A stretch of 64,000 bases of DNA from an uncultured Bacilli bacterium (GCA_944329355.1 CALVID010000002.1:2928-66927), one strand, 5' to 3'; positions 9,513-19,956 are shown, counted from the stretch's first letter. The notes: generated from the sequence alone by a model not told the origin. Numbers and translations: made by a program.

Positions 9513-10112
9513 ATGAAAGATGTATTTATAAGTAATTCTATGAATTTAATTAAAAAGTATTATCCCAATTATTCAGAAGAAAAGTTAGAAGAAGTAAAAT
9601 ATGGATTATTAGGATTTTATTTAATGATTACAAAATCAATAATTATATTTGGTATTGCACTATATTTAAATATATTTAAAGAATTGTTAATTTTTACTAT
9701 TATTTATAATATCTTAAGAGCGACTTCTTTCGGTATGCATGCTTCAAAAAGCTGGATATGTTTAGTAAGTTCAACGCTTATTTTTATAACAGCTACATAT
9801 TTAAGTAATGAGATGATTTTGCCTATTAATATAAAAATTATACTCGGAGTTATTGGTATCATTTTAATTTATAAAAATGCTCCAGCTGATACTGCAAAAA
9901 AGCCTATAATAAATTTACAAAGAAGAAAAACATATAAATTAATTTCTACAGTAATTGCTTTTATTTTTGTGATTTTGTCTATATCGATTAATAATAATTT
10001 TTTATCTAATACATTTGTTTTGTCATTGTTAATACAGTGTGTATTTACTTCTCCAACAATGTATAAACTTTGTGGAGAAACCTTTGATAATTATAAGTAT
10101 TATCAAAATTAA
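9513..10112 (+). CDS. agrB: accessory gene regulator B (AgrD-processing membrane peptidase)
   Basis: Polytopic membrane protein with AgrB-like features (EEVKYGLLGFYL..., RATSFGMHAS). It lies directly upstream of an AgrD-like peptide gene. Start taken at ATG 9513 (RBS GGAGAG) rather than TTG 9471. Confidence 0.8.
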   Translation: MKDVFISNSMNLIKKYYPNYSEEKLEEVKYGLLGFYLMITKSIIIFGIALYLNIFKELLIFTIIYNILRATSFGMHASKSWICLVSSTLIFITATYLSNEMILPINIKIILGVIGIILIYKNAPADTAKKPIINLQRRKTYKLISTVIAFIFVILSISINNNFLSNTFVLSLLIQCVFTSPTMYKLCGETFDNYKYYQN

Positions 10113-10167
10113 ATATTGGTTTAAATTTTATGATTTAAACATATATTTATAGAAAGGAGTATGTTGT

Positions 10168-10287
10168 ATGAACTTTATCGCATCATTATTATCTTCACTT
10201 GGCAGTATGTTTGCAGGTGCGGGTAGTGTGGCTTGCCCTTTATGGTGGTTAGACGAGCCAGAATGTCCTAAAAGTTTAATTAAATAA
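10168..10287 (+). CDS. agrD: autoinducing peptide precursor AgrD
   Basis: 39-codon ORF missing from the supplied track: MNFIASLLSSLGSMFAGAGSVACPLWWLDEPECPKSLIK. It has an amphipathic N-terminus, a Cys followed by 4 residues, and an acidic DEPExPK-x-L tail like known AgrD recognition tails. RBS AAAGGAG lies 8 nt upstream. Confidence 0.8.
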   Translation: MNFIASLLSSLGSMFAGAGSVACPLWWLDEPECPKSLIK

Positions 10288-10296
10288 ATGTCAATC

Positions 10297-10325
10297 AAAA
10301 AACACTCATTTCAAAGTGTTTTTTT
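10297..10325. terminator. bidirectional terminator between convergent agrBD and agrCA
   Basis: Stem AACACT/AGTGTT with an 8-nt loop, flanked by an A-run and a T-run. Confidence 0.6.
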
Positions 10326-11640
10326 AATTCTTTATTTTTAAAGTTTGCGTAAACATATCTTTAACTATACTCTTTTCATTTTCTAATTTTCCTTTTTCTT
10401 CATTTAATAATTTATTAACTAACGTCAAGCCATAGCCATGACCTGTTCCTTTAGTACTATATTTAGTTTCCGTGATTTTTTTAATGTCTAAATTCCCTTT
10501 AAAGTTATTTGTGATATCTACACATAAATAATTATCAATAGTATATATTTCAATAGATATTGTTTTTTTCTTTAAATCTTTTACCGCCTCAATGGCATTA
10601 TCTAAAAATACACCTAATATTTTACATACTTTTAAAATTAATTCTTCATCTAAATTAATTAAATCAGTAGTTCTAACTTCTCTCGAAATATTTAGTTTAT
10701 ATTTAATTTTTAATTTGTCCATCAAACACAACTTAGAATAAATCGTAGCTCTTAAACCACCTGATGGAATTTTAGCAGTTTGTTTCATAATTTTATCATT
10801 ATCTTTTATTTTGTTATCTACTAATTTATCTATATATTTAATGATTAAGTCATGATCATTACTGTCTTTAATCATATTTCTAATCGTTAAAAATTCATTT
10901 TTATTTTCATGTGTATCCACTCTAAATTTATCAATCATTACTTCATATTCTTTTAAACTATTAATACTAGTTTCATATTTACTATTTATTTTTTCATAAT
11001 TCTCTTTTAATTTTTTTGATGCAATAATAATTCCAATAAAGAAAGCTGCCATAATCGTATTTGTAATTACGACAACTGTAAATGGTAAATTCATATATGT
11101 TTCTATGGTTGCTACAATCATTATTGTAACTATAATGAAAGAGTATATAAGTGGATCTTTGTCTTTGTTTGTACTTTTTTGAGGAGTAAACCAATCATAC
11201 AATAATTTAGCAAAACCAAGTTTGCTCAATACAAAAGATAATATCATGATATATATATTTAGTCCTATAAAAACTAATGATTGTTGTGTTAACTGTTGTA
11301 TATCTCCTTTATATAATAATGAAGATATTATAGCAAATGAAAATTCTGATATAAATATTATTAATTGTGATATTAATACCAAAATTATAGTTTTTTTTAT
11401 TTGTCTATATATTATAAAATAACTAAATGAGATTAAAACTATAAAACTAATTATGGTTTTATATGGATTTAAAAATAAACTATTAACTATGGTGATTATA
11501 ATTGATAAAATAAGCCATAATAAGAAAACTTGTTTTTTGTTTTTATAAAATGGTTCTAGTTTGTTCCAACAAAAAAGCGAAAAAACAATTAAAAGTCCTG
11601 TACAGATAAAACATATAATTACTTGCTCTATTTCCATCAT
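10324..11640 (-). CDS. agrC: AgrC-like sensor histidine kinase (HPK10 / GHKL ATPase)
   Basis: The N-terminal ~200 aa are polytopic membrane. The C-terminus has LDNAIEA (N box) and STKGTGHGYGLTLV (G box), as in AgrC/LytS-type kinases. It abuts the LytTR regulator gene. Confidence 0.8.
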   Translation of the reverse strand: MMEIEQVIICFICTGLLIVFSLFCWNKLEPFYKNKKQVFLLWLILSIIITIVNSLFLNPYKTIISFIVLISFSYFIIYRQIKKTIILVLISQLIIFISEFSFAIISSLLYKGDIQQLTQQSLVFIGLNIYIMILSFVLSKLGFAKLLYDWFTPQKSTNKDKDPLIYSFIIVTIMIVATIETYMNLPFTVVVITNTIMAAFFIGIIIASKKLKENYEKINSKYETSINSLKEYEVMIDKFRVDTHENKNEFLTIRNMIKDSNDHDLIIKYIDKLVDNKIKDNDKIMKQTAKIPSGGLRATIYSKLCLMDKLKIKYKLNISREVRTTDLINLDEELILKVCKILGVFLDNAIEAVKDLKKKTISIEIYTIDNYLCVDITNNFKGNLDIKKITETKYSTKGTGHGYGLTLVNKLLNEEKGKLENEKSIVKDMFTQTLKIKN

Positions 11641-12342
11641 TTATATCAGCTCCTTATTAAATCTTGTTGAGATCAAATCTGATGTCATTCCGTTATCAAA
11701 CACAACTTTTCTTTGCGATTTGCTAAAACTTAATATGCGTTTTGTATTCATCAGACAAGCTCTATGGGTTTTAATAAAATTATCATTTGCCATTTCTTCT
11801 AATTCCATTAAACTTTTATTAACTTTAAATTCATTATAATCTGTTACAATGATACATTTTCTATCTATACTATCTCTTGTAATGTATAATATGTCATCTT
11901 GTGGTATTGTATAAACTACACCATTATCTTTGAAACGAATTATGCTTTTGATTTTAAACATTTTTAAAGCTTTATCCAAAGCTTGGAATAATCTATTTTC
12001 ACAATCATCAAATTTATTGATATATGACAAAAATAAAAAATCATTCTTCATTACAACATGTCCTAATTCTTGATGTCCTGTAAGAAAAATTAATACACTA
12101 TCTACATCTTTATTTCTGATTATTCTAGCAATGTCAATTCCAGATCTTGTTGGTGTTTCAATATCTAAAATATATACTTTAAAAGATAATTTTGATTCGA
12201 CAATTTTTAAAAAGTCATTGTCATAATCTGAAAATACGTGGGTTTTATATTCTAATTTGTTTTTCATCATGTAAGAATCTACTATATGTTCTACTTTTTC
12301 TTGATACTGCTTTACATCATCACAAATTATAAAATTGATCAT
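11641..12342 (-). CDS. agrA: LytTR-family response regulator (AgrA-like)
   Basis: Receiver domain (MINFIICDD..., ILDIETP) plus a C-terminal LytTR DNA-binding domain (ILYITRDS...FIKTHRACLMN). Confidence 0.8.
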   Translation of the reverse strand: MINFIICDDVKQYQEKVEHIVDSYMMKNKLEYKTHVFSDYDNDFLKIVESKLSFKVYILDIETPTRSGIDIARIIRNKDVDSVLIFLTGHQELGHVVMKNDFLFLSYINKFDDCENRLFQALDKALKMFKIKSIIRFKDNGVVYTIPQDDILYITRDSIDRKCIIVTDYNEFKVNKSLMELEEMANDNFIKTHRACLMNTKRILSFSKSQRKVVFDNGMTSDLISTRFNKELI

Positions 12343-12473
12343 AAAATCTTACCTTTCTCTCCCAAATTTTGCGACTATACAATATTCTTATGTAAATATA
12401 CCATAATTTGACAAATATTACAATAAAAAAAGGTAATTTTCTTAAACATTACCTTTTGCTATTGATAAATATA

Positions 12474-13055
12474 TTATCTTGAGTTTCTTCTTGATTGGAT
12501 CTCATCCCACCATGCACGACCTTCATCTCTTAATTCACTAAGGGCATCTAAGCCATCAGCGGCTGTGTCTGTGAGCCAATCTTTGAATCTTTCTTTATAA
12601 TCAGGAATTAAATAGTTTAAAGTATCATCTAAAGTGTTTAATGCGTTAAGTGCGGCTTGTTTACCTTCATCACTCAATTCTGAAAATGTTACACCATTTA
12701 TTTCACTACCATTAAATATAAAGTCTGATAAATCTTTAAAATTTTGTAAAGCTCTTGCTAATTCTTCTTGAACTGCTTCACTATTTGCTGATTCAGAAGC
12801 TGATTCTTTTAAGTTGTTAGCCCCATCTATCATAATACTTATTGCGGCTTCAGCTGCTGAATCTTTTTGCATTTGTTCTGTTAAAACATCATTCTCTACT
12901 GAATCATTTTGTGTTTCGGTAAGTGGTTGATTATTTATTTCATTGTTTTCTTGAGTAGCTACATTATTACCACAACTTGTTAAAGTTATTATAAATCCAG
13001 CACTACAAAGGGCAGTTAAAATTGGTTTAGTATATAATTTAAATTTTTTATTCAT
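12474..13055 (-). CDS. lipoprotein, function unknown
   Basis: Signal peptide with lipobox LTSC (ITLTSCGNN), then an acidic helical mature region. Confidence 0.6.
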   Translation of the reverse strand: MNKKFKLYTKPILTALCSAGFIITLTSCGNNVATQENNEINNQPLTETQNDSVENDVLTEQMQKDSAAEAAISIMIDGANNLKESASESANSEAVQEELARALQNFKDLSDFIFNGSEINGVTFSELSDEGKQAALNALNTLDDTLNYLIPDYKERFKDWLTDTAADGLDALSELRDEGRAWWDEIQSRRNSR

Positions 13056-13107
13056 ATTTTTCCCTTCTTTCGACTATATTATAATCAAAAAAAAGCAAAA
13101 AAGCAAA

Positions 13108-15690
13108 TTATACTCCACCTTTTTCACCTTGTTTTCTCAAATATAATTTTCTAATCCAGTCTATTGGTACAACTATTGATGCAAGTAAAATCATCACTTC
13201 AAATTCAAAAGGATTTAACCCATAAGCTCTAAATAAATCCCCTCCATAATATATGAGATAAATTTGAACAATTATAATAAATGAAATAATTATTAAAAAC
13301 ACTTTGTTTTTTGAAAGGTTAGCAAGAAGATTTAAACGATATGTTCTGGCATTAAAACAATTAAAAATTCCCATAAAAATAAATAATCCAAAAAAAGCTG
13401 TCATTAAATATCTATCATCTGTTGCGTCTCTGAAAATACTGTGGATAAATGGTGATTTTAAGAAAAATACACACATGAGTGCTGAAAACGTTCCTGTAAA
13501 AATTATTTCATCTTTCATATATCTATTAATAATATTTTCATTTTTCTTCTTGGGTTTTTCATACATATATTCTTTAAGGGGTGGTTCAAAGGAAAAGGCA
13601 ATTCCTGCTAAAGTATCCATAACCATATTAATCCACAGCATTTGAATTACAGTAACAGGGACATCCACACCTATAAATGGACCAATAATCGAGATACTTA
13701 CTGCACATATATTCATAGTTAATTGAAAAATAATAAACTTCCTAATACTTTTGAAAATTGTTCTACCATATAAAACAGCATTAGAAATCGATAATAAATT
13801 GTCGTCTAATATAACAATATCGCTCGCTTCTTTTGCTACTTCAGTACCTGAACCCATGGCAAAACCAACATCTGCTTTTTTTAAAGCTGGTGCATCATTG
13901 ACACCATCACCTGTCATCCCAACCACAAGACCAGAAGATCTAGCAATTTTTACTAATCTACTTTTATCTTGAGGTAAAGAACGGGCAAGTATTTTTAAGT
14001 TTGGCAAAATCTTTTTGATTTCTTCATCACTTTTTTGATTAAATTCTGTACTGGTTAAAATAATATCCGTAGGACTTTTGATTAAACCTACTTCTTTGCC
14101 AATAGCTTGGGCCGTATCAATATTATCTCCGGTAATCATAACAGTATTTATATGGGCATTTTGTATTAATTTTAAACCTTCAATGGCTTCTGGTCTTACT
14201 TCATCTTTAATATATACTAAACCGATTAAAGTTATTCTTTCAATATTTCTTTTGGAAGGCGTTGTTCCAAAAGCTAAAACCCTAATTCCTTTATCGGTAG
14301 CTTTTTTTATTTGATCATATACTTTGTTTTTATTAGTCAGTAATCTTTTTTGTTCATTATCATAATAGTGGGTACATTTTTTTATAATAACTTCAGGAGC
14401 TCCTTTAATAAAATTGATTATTTTTCCACCATATTCTACCTCGGTTAAAGAATATTTGTTTTCACTAGAAAAAGGTATTTTATCGATTTCTTTATAATTT
14501 AAAGAACTTTTTTCAAAGAATTTTAGTAGTGCTCGATCAGTTATATTTCCGCCGACTGGTTTATCATTTTCACCATAGCTACTCTCATTATTGGCGATTA
14601 AAGAAAGTTTTACTCTAGTATAATATGAGCCTCTTTTTTTTAAATCAACTTCACTTTTCATAATATTTCCCTCAGCGTCGCTGATAGCAATCACATCTAA
14701 TTTTCCTTTAGTAATGGTTCCAGTTTTATCAGTAAAAAGCATATTGATATTTCCAGCGGTTTCTATTCCTGTAAGTTTTCTTACTAAAACATTGCTTTTA
14801 AGCATTCTTTTCATATTTGAAGATAAGACTAAGGTAACCATAAGGGGTAATCCTTCTGGAACAGCAACAACTATAATGGTTACCGATAAAGTTAACGCAT
14901 GTAGTATGTGTCCAAACATCAGTGGACAATTAGTAACAGTTTTAATTATAAGATCACTATCAAAATTATTTTCAATAACAACTACAGAAAATAAATAAGA
15001 TATACTAACTAGTAAAGCTCCAAGATAGCCAATTTTACTAATTAATTCAGCAAGTTTCACTAATCTTAATTTTAATGGGCTAGTGGGAGCTTTTTCACTA
15101 ACTTCTTTAGCGAGTTTACCATAAAATGTCTGTGGTCCTACTTTTGTTACTTCCATGGTAGCTAATCCAGAATAAACAACAGATGAGCGGTAGATGTCCT
15201 GCCCTATTTTCTTTTCTTTTTCTTTCATTTCACCATTTAAACTAGATTCATTGACGAGGATTTTACCTTTAATTATTTTTCCATCAGCGGGAACGGCATC
15301 ACCTGTTTCTAAATATACAATATCACCAACAACGACTTCACCGATTTCAATTTCTTTTATTTGTTTATTTCTTAAAACTTTTGTTTTGATTTTAGATGCG
15401 TCTTCTTGTAATTCTTCAAAGGCTTTTTCACTACCATATTCTGATACTGTAGATATGAAAGATGCAAGAAAAATAGCAATGACAATGCCAATGGTTTCAT
15501 ACCAATCAAAATCTTGAAATAAAAATAGTGTTTTGACAGCTAAAGCAATTAATAATATTTTAATAATTGGATCACCTAATGTAGCAATTAATTTATGAAT
15601 GAATGTTTCTTTATGACTAGCTTTGATTTCGTTACTACCATGATTTTTACGACTTTTAATTACTTCTTCGTTTGTTAGTCCTTTTATCAT
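13108..15690 (-). CDS. P-type cation (Ca2+)-transporting ATPase, type IIA/IIB-like
   Basis: Phosphorylation motif DKTGTIT, TGES-region equivalent, hinge motif MTGDGVNDAPALKKADVG and PEGLP in TM4. 860 aa. Confidence 0.92.
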   Translation of the reverse strand: MIKGLTNEEVIKSRKNHGSNEIKASHKETFIHKLIATLGDPIIKILLIALAVKTLFLFQDFDWYETIGIVIAIFLASFISTVSEYGSEKAFEELQEDASKIKTKVLRNKQIKEIEIGEVVVGDIVYLETGDAVPADGKIIKGKILVNESSLNGEMKEKEKKIGQDIYRSSVVYSGLATMEVTKVGPQTFYGKLAKEVSEKAPTSPLKLRLVKLAELISKIGYLGALLVSISYLFSVVVIENNFDSDLIIKTVTNCPLMFGHILHALTLSVTIIVVAVPEGLPLMVTLVLSSNMKRMLKSNVLVRKLTGIETAGNINMLFTDKTGTITKGKLDVIAISDAEGNIMKSEVDLKKRGSYYTRVKLSLIANNESSYGENDKPVGGNITDRALLKFFEKSSLNYKEIDKIPFSSENKYSLTEVEYGGKIINFIKGAPEVIIKKCTHYYDNEQKRLLTNKNKVYDQIKKATDKGIRVLAFGTTPSKRNIERITLIGLVYIKDEVRPEAIEGLKLIQNAHINTVMITGDNIDTAQAIGKEVGLIKSPTDIILTSTEFNQKSDEEIKKILPNLKILARSLPQDKSRLVKIARSSGLVVGMTGDGVNDAPALKKADVGFAMGSGTEVAKEASDIVILDDNLLSISNAVLYGRTIFKSIRKFIIFQLTMNICAVSISIIGPFIGVDVPVTVIQMLWINMVMDTLAGIAFSFEPPLKEYMYEKPKKKNENIINRYMKDEIIFTGTFSALMCVFFLKSPFIHSIFRDATDDRYLMTAFFGLFIFMGIFNCFNARTYRLNLLANLSKNKVFLIIISFIIIVQIYLIYYGGDLFRAYGLNPFEFEVMILLASIVVPIDWIRKLYLRKQGEKGGV

Positions 15691-15763
15691 AAACGCCTCC
15701 TATCAAAAGATATTAAGAGAGGGGTTTATTTATACAAATTACTATTCGACAAAAAAACTACCA

Positions 15764-16102
15764 TTATTTGGTAAGTTTAAGTAATCCTTCTGATTTTAAA
15801 AGGTTATATATACAAGAATAGCTACGACTATTATAAAATTTGCAAAATTTACGAATACTAACATTACTTTTTTTATAAAGTGAAATGATTTTTTGTCTCT
15901 CTTCTTCACTCATAACATTAGCTGGAACTCTATTTTTGTTTCCATGAACCAAACTAATAGTTCCGTTAATTATTTCTTTTTTTAATTTTAATATATATTT
16001 TGGGTGATAACCTGTTATATCAGCAATTTCTTTATAAGATAAAAATGTGTTTTTGTTCATTTTTTCTTTAATTAATTTTATAGCTTCTTCTTTTTTTGTC
16101 AT
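15764..16102 (-). pseudogene. N-terminal HTH fragment of an integrase-core (DDE) transposase; IS remnant
   Basis: 112 aa. The pattern ...KEIADITGYHPKYILKLKKE...LVHGNKNRVPANVMSEEERQKIISLYKK... matches the double-HTH N-terminus of ISNCY/IS481-like transposases. No catalytic domain follows. Family assignment is from memory. Confidence 0.45.
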
Positions 16103-16242
16103 TTTAACACCTTCTCATTATTATAAACGGTGCTTTTAAGTAATAACTTTACAGCATAACGTTTCAAAATTGTTTCTATTATATCATATATTTAATATTT
16201 TATAACAAAAAATGTCTTAAATTTTAGGCAATTTGTATGTTA

Positions 16243-17697
16243 TTAATGTATTTGGATATATTTGCTTGAGTTTTGCAATATCTCTTGAACAAATATTGAA
16301 GGATTATTCTTTTTTACTAATAATATTACGTCACTTTTAGTCCTAGTTAGTGCTACATAAAATAATCTTCTTTCTTCGCCAAAGGAAAATTCGTCTGCTT
16401 TGGAAATAACGTATTTTAGATATTCACTATTTTGAATTTTACTAGGTAAACTGTGTATTGTATTTTCTAAATTTATTATAATTATTTTATCAGCTTCTAG
16501 GCCTTTGGACTTATGAATTGTCATATATGTCATGTACTTATTTAAATAAGGTATCATTTCTCTATCTTTGTTGTTTCGTCCAAGAACGAATGTTTTTTCA
16601 GCTATTTGGCTGACAATTATATTCCATATTTCTTTTATATTATTTTCATAATAATATATATGCACAGGTTTTTTTATGTGTGTGTTTGACTTGATTGTTT
16701 TTTTTATCTGATATGGGTTTTTTAGAATAAAGTCTTTTGTGATTTTAACTAGTTCATTACATATTCTGTAAGTGTTCTTTAATTTCAATATTTTACAATG
16801 TACAAAATATTTTTTTATATTAGTGAATATTTCTAAATTACTACCTGTAAATTGATAAATGGATTGCCAATCATCACCAACAGCAATTAAAGATGCATTG
16901 GTTTTATCTTGAATATTTTTAATTAAAAGGCATTTATTCAATGAAGTATCTTGATATTCATCAATAATTATATATTTATAAGGATATATACCTTCTTTTT
17001 TGACAATATTACTACTTTTATTTATCATATCATGGAAATCAATTTGTTTTGTTGATTCTAGATAATCTTCATACTCTAAATAAATGTTTTTTACTAGATT
17101 TAAAAATAATTTATGTCTTATTTGTTTTTTTATGAAGTGTTTTTTTTTATTATAATTTAAAAATTTTTTAAAAGATGATAGATTATAATTATTACTTTTA
17201 AATAAATTAAGAAAAGCTTTAATTGTGTCTTTTAAATAAAGAATGTAATTACTATTTTTTAAAATATTGTTTTTTAATTTTGTACTATTACCTTGCCCAA
17301 ATTCCATAAAAGGGGCATTTATTATTTTATATAGTTTAGCAGTATTATATAAATGTTTTATTATAATTGTATCTAACATATCATCTTTAACCAATTTTAC
17401 TTTTTCTGTTTGTGTAATTATTTGATAGCCTAGGCTATGAAAAGTTTTTACTTCTAGACTAATATTTTCTTTTAATAATTTTTGGTGTAAACTTTTGGCG
17501 GCAGTTTTGGTAAAAGTTATACACAATATTTTTTGAGGATCTATTCCTTTTTCTATTAAATTTTTTATTTTATATACTATGGTTAAGGTTTTTCCACTAC
17601 CAGCTCCAGCAATTATTAATAAATTTTTTGATTTGTTTTTTATTATTTTTCTTTGATATTTATCTAAAATAATTTTTGAAATGAAAAACACCTCCAT
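16243..17697 (-). CDS. UvrD/Rep-family SF1 helicase, unusually short (484 aa)
   Basis: Motif I IIAGAGSGKTLT, motif II IIIDEYQDTS, motif III GDDWQSIYQFTG, and the C-terminal YVALTRTK. Confidence 0.75.
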   Translation of the reverse strand: MEVFFISKIILDKYQRKIIKNKSKNLLIIAGAGSGKTLTIVYKIKNLIEKGIDPQKILCITFTKTAAKSLHQKLLKENISLEVKTFHSLGYQIITQTEKVKLVKDDMLDTIIIKHLYNTAKLYKIINAPFMEFGQGNSTKLKNNILKNSNYILYLKDTIKAFLNLFKSNNYNLSSFKKFLNYNKKKHFIKKQIRHKLFLNLVKNIYLEYEDYLESTKQIDFHDMINKSSNIVKKEGIYPYKYIIIDEYQDTSLNKCLLIKNIQDKTNASLIAVGDDWQSIYQFTGSNLEIFTNIKKYFVHCKILKLKNTYRICNELVKITKDFILKNPYQIKKTIKSNTHIKKPVHIYYYENNIKEIWNIIVSQIAEKTFVLGRNNKDREMIPYLNKYMTYMTIHKSKGLEADKIIIINLENTIHSLPSKIQNSEYLKYVISKADEFSFGEERRLFYVALTRTKSDVILLVKKNNPSIFVQEILQNSSKYIQIH

Positions 17698-17729
17698 ATA
17701 TAAAATACGAGATGTTTTTTGGTTTTCCT

Positions 17730-18524
17730 TTAAAGATTTCCCTGATTAGCACTTGCAACAATAGTATATAAATCTTCACGTTCTGTTTCAGTGATAGCAC
17801 CATTTGTTTTAGCGATTGAAACAACAAATACACCATTATCGGTTTCAGCATAAGCGATATCTAAATCAGTAGTACCTTGAGCAATACCTCTTGTGATTAA
17901 AAACCTAGTTCCATCATATGTTTTTTCTTCAGTTTTGGCATTTGTAAAGTCATAATTTTGGTCTTGACTTGTATCTTGTGATTGTAATATACCAATAATC
18001 TGATCTTTAACTGAGGCTAATGTATCATATCCTGTACCACTTTGAAAAATAACTGCTTCGGCTAAAGTATTATCATTATTAATAATTAATAATTGACTGG
18101 TTGATGCAGTTGCAGAGTATTCACTTGGAACACTAAAAGTATAATCTTCATAAGTTACTTTTTCAAATTCTTCTTTTTTTGGTGTTTCTTCCTTCTTTTC
18201 AACTTCTGAATTATTATTTTCTTTTTCTTTGGTATTATCTTCTTTCTCCATTCCAATAAATAAAATGCCAGCAATAATAATAATTACCAGTATGATGATG
18301 CCTACAATTAATCCAACAGGTGTTTTCTTTTGATTATTCATTCCATTAATATTGGATGGCTGGATTGTCTGATTAATAGATTGACCATTTTGATTATTCA
18401 TATTGTCTATTTGGGGATTATTATTTGATATAGATGAATCGGATGTATTCATAACTGGCATTCCACAAGCACTGCAGAATGATGCCCCTTCCTTAATTTC
18501 AGAACCACATTTTGTACACTTCAT
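17730..18524 (-). CDS. zinc-ribbon / single-pass membrane protein
   Basis: N-terminal CxxC...CxxC (MKCTKCGSEIKEGASFCSACG), a Q/N-rich linker, one TM helix and an extracellular domain. Confidence 0.55.
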   Translation of the reverse strand: MKCTKCGSEIKEGASFCSACGMPVMNTSDSSISNNNPQIDNMNNQNGQSINQTIQPSNINGMNNQKKTPVGLIVGIIILVIIIIAGILFIGMEKEDNTKEKENNNSEVEKKEETPKKEEFEKVTYEDYTFSVPSEYSATASTSQLLIINNDNTLAEAVIFQSGTGYDTLASVKDQIIGILQSQDTSQDQNYDFTNAKTEEKTYDGTRFLITRGIAQGTTDLDIAYAETDNGVFVVSIAKTNGAITETEREDLYTIVASANQGNL

Positions 18525-18622
18525 ACCTCTTCCTCCTTTATTATAATAATATCATATTGATTATTTTGTTACAATAACTTTTTCTTAATTATGAAATTTT
18601 TTTGAAAAAAGTTATGAAAATT

Positions 18623-19954
18623 TTATTTTATTATTTTCATAACTTCATCATGATCTTTAAAGGGAAATTTGTCATTACCAATTATTTGATAGTTTTCATG
18701 TCCTTTACCTAATATTAATAAAATATCTTTATTTTCTAGCATATTTATGCCTTTTTTTATCGCTTCTTTACGATCAATAATTGAAATAAAATTGTCTTTT
18801 TCAATGTTTTTGGTTATTTCATTGATAATTTGTTCTTCATTTTCATTCCGTGGATTATCTGTAGTAAAAATGACAAAATCACTATTGTCAGAAACTAAGG
18901 TACCAATTAATGGCCTTTTTTCTATTCTTCTTTCACCACCACAGCCAATGATAGTAATAATTTTTCCTTGAACAATATTTTTTACTTCTTTTATAGTATT
19001 ATTAATTTCTGTCAAATCATAGGCATAATCAATAATAATTAAATTGTCTTTATATGGTATTGCTTCAAATCTGCCGTCGATTTGATGAAGTGATAAAGTT
19101 GCTGAAATAATTTCTTCAGAATCAAAGCCTAATATTTTTGCTGTAATGTATGCTGGGGTGTAATTATACATATTATATAGGCCGATTAACGGTAATTTTA
19201 TTTTATTATTATCTAATGTAAATTCAGAAAATGTATATGTATTATTGATTCTTCTTAATGGATAATCACTATCTGCACTACCATATAATATATTGTTGTT
19301 TTGTGGTAAAGTCATATATTTATAATATGGATCTTTTTTATTAATAATAGCTACACCATCTTTTTTTAACATTTTAAATATTTCGATTTTAGTATCTAAG
19401 TATACTTCTTTATCTTTTCTTTTATGTGCCACAAAATTAGTAAATATGGCTATATCAAAATTTAATCCTTCGAGGTGTCTTTGTTGTATGGCTTTTGATG
19501 AGGCTTCGATAATTACTACTTTACAATTATTATCAATTGCTTGATTTATTAGATTATATATCTCATATATATCAGGCGTGCTGGCAGATATTTCATTTAC
19601 TTGCCCATCTAAATAAAAACCATTAGTCCCTATATATGCTGTTTTTACGTTTAAATTATTTAATAATTGATATATTAAATTCCCTGTGGCCGTTTTACCA
19701 CTTGTTCCAGCAATTCCTATTAATTTAATGTTTTGCATTTTAGCTAAATTTAATTCTTTTAAGTAATTACACAAATAAGTTTTGGTATCTTCTACAATGA
19801 TGGTTTTAACAGGATATTCTCCATGGTTCGCTATTATGCAAACGGCCCCCCGATCAATTGCGTCATTAATATAATCATGTCCATCTGTATAAGAGCTTGT
19901 TAAGGCTAAAAAAGTATCACCTGGTTTTACTTTTCTCGAATCTACTCTTAGCAT
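18623..19954 (-). CDS. murE: UDP-N-acetylmuramoyl-tripeptide synthetase MurE (meso-DAP type)
   Basis: Mur ligase P-loop GIAGTSGKTAT. The DNPRNE motif (DNPR) is characteristic of DAP-adding MurE. Confidence 0.8.
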   Translation of the reverse strand: MLRVDSRKVKPGDTFLALTSSYTDGHDYINDAIDRGAVCIIANHGEYPVKTIIVEDTKTYLCNYLKELNLAKMQNIKLIGIAGTSGKTATGNLIYQLLNNLNVKTAYIGTNGFYLDGQVNEISASTPDIYEIYNLINQAIDNNCKVVIIEASSKAIQQRHLEGLNFDIAIFTNFVAHKRKDKEVYLDTKIEIFKMLKKDGVAIINKKDPYYKYMTLPQNNNILYGSADSDYPLRRINNTYTFSEFTLDNNKIKLPLIGLYNMYNYTPAYITAKILGFDSEEIISATLSLHQIDGRFEAIPYKDNLIIIDYAYDLTEINNTIKEVKNIVQGKIITIIGCGGERRIEKRPLIGTLVSDNSDFVIFTTDNPRNENEEQIINEITKNIEKDNFISIIDRKEAIKKGINMLENKDILLILGKGHENYQIIGNDKFPFKDHDEVMKIIK

Positions 19955-19956
19955 AT

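Noticed and set aside
13304-15517. Many 60-160-aa ORFs on the + strand nested inside long minus-strand genes. Examples are 13304..13645, 13751..13972, 14078..14314, 14714..14998 and 15194..15517. Others are 752..934, 3426..3671, 5683..5985, 7306..7611, 24670..25158, 26239..26703, 48712..49095 and 49630..49926.
   Set aside because: All are antisense to genes with strong motif support. They have hydrophobic low-complexity translations typical of antisense reading of AT-rich codons, and they lack Shine-Dalgarno sequences.
16243-17697. The UvrD-like helicase as GajB of a Gabija system.
   Set aside because: No GajA-like OLD/TOPRIM ATPase gene is adjacent. The neighbours are an IS remnant and a zinc-ribbon membrane protein.
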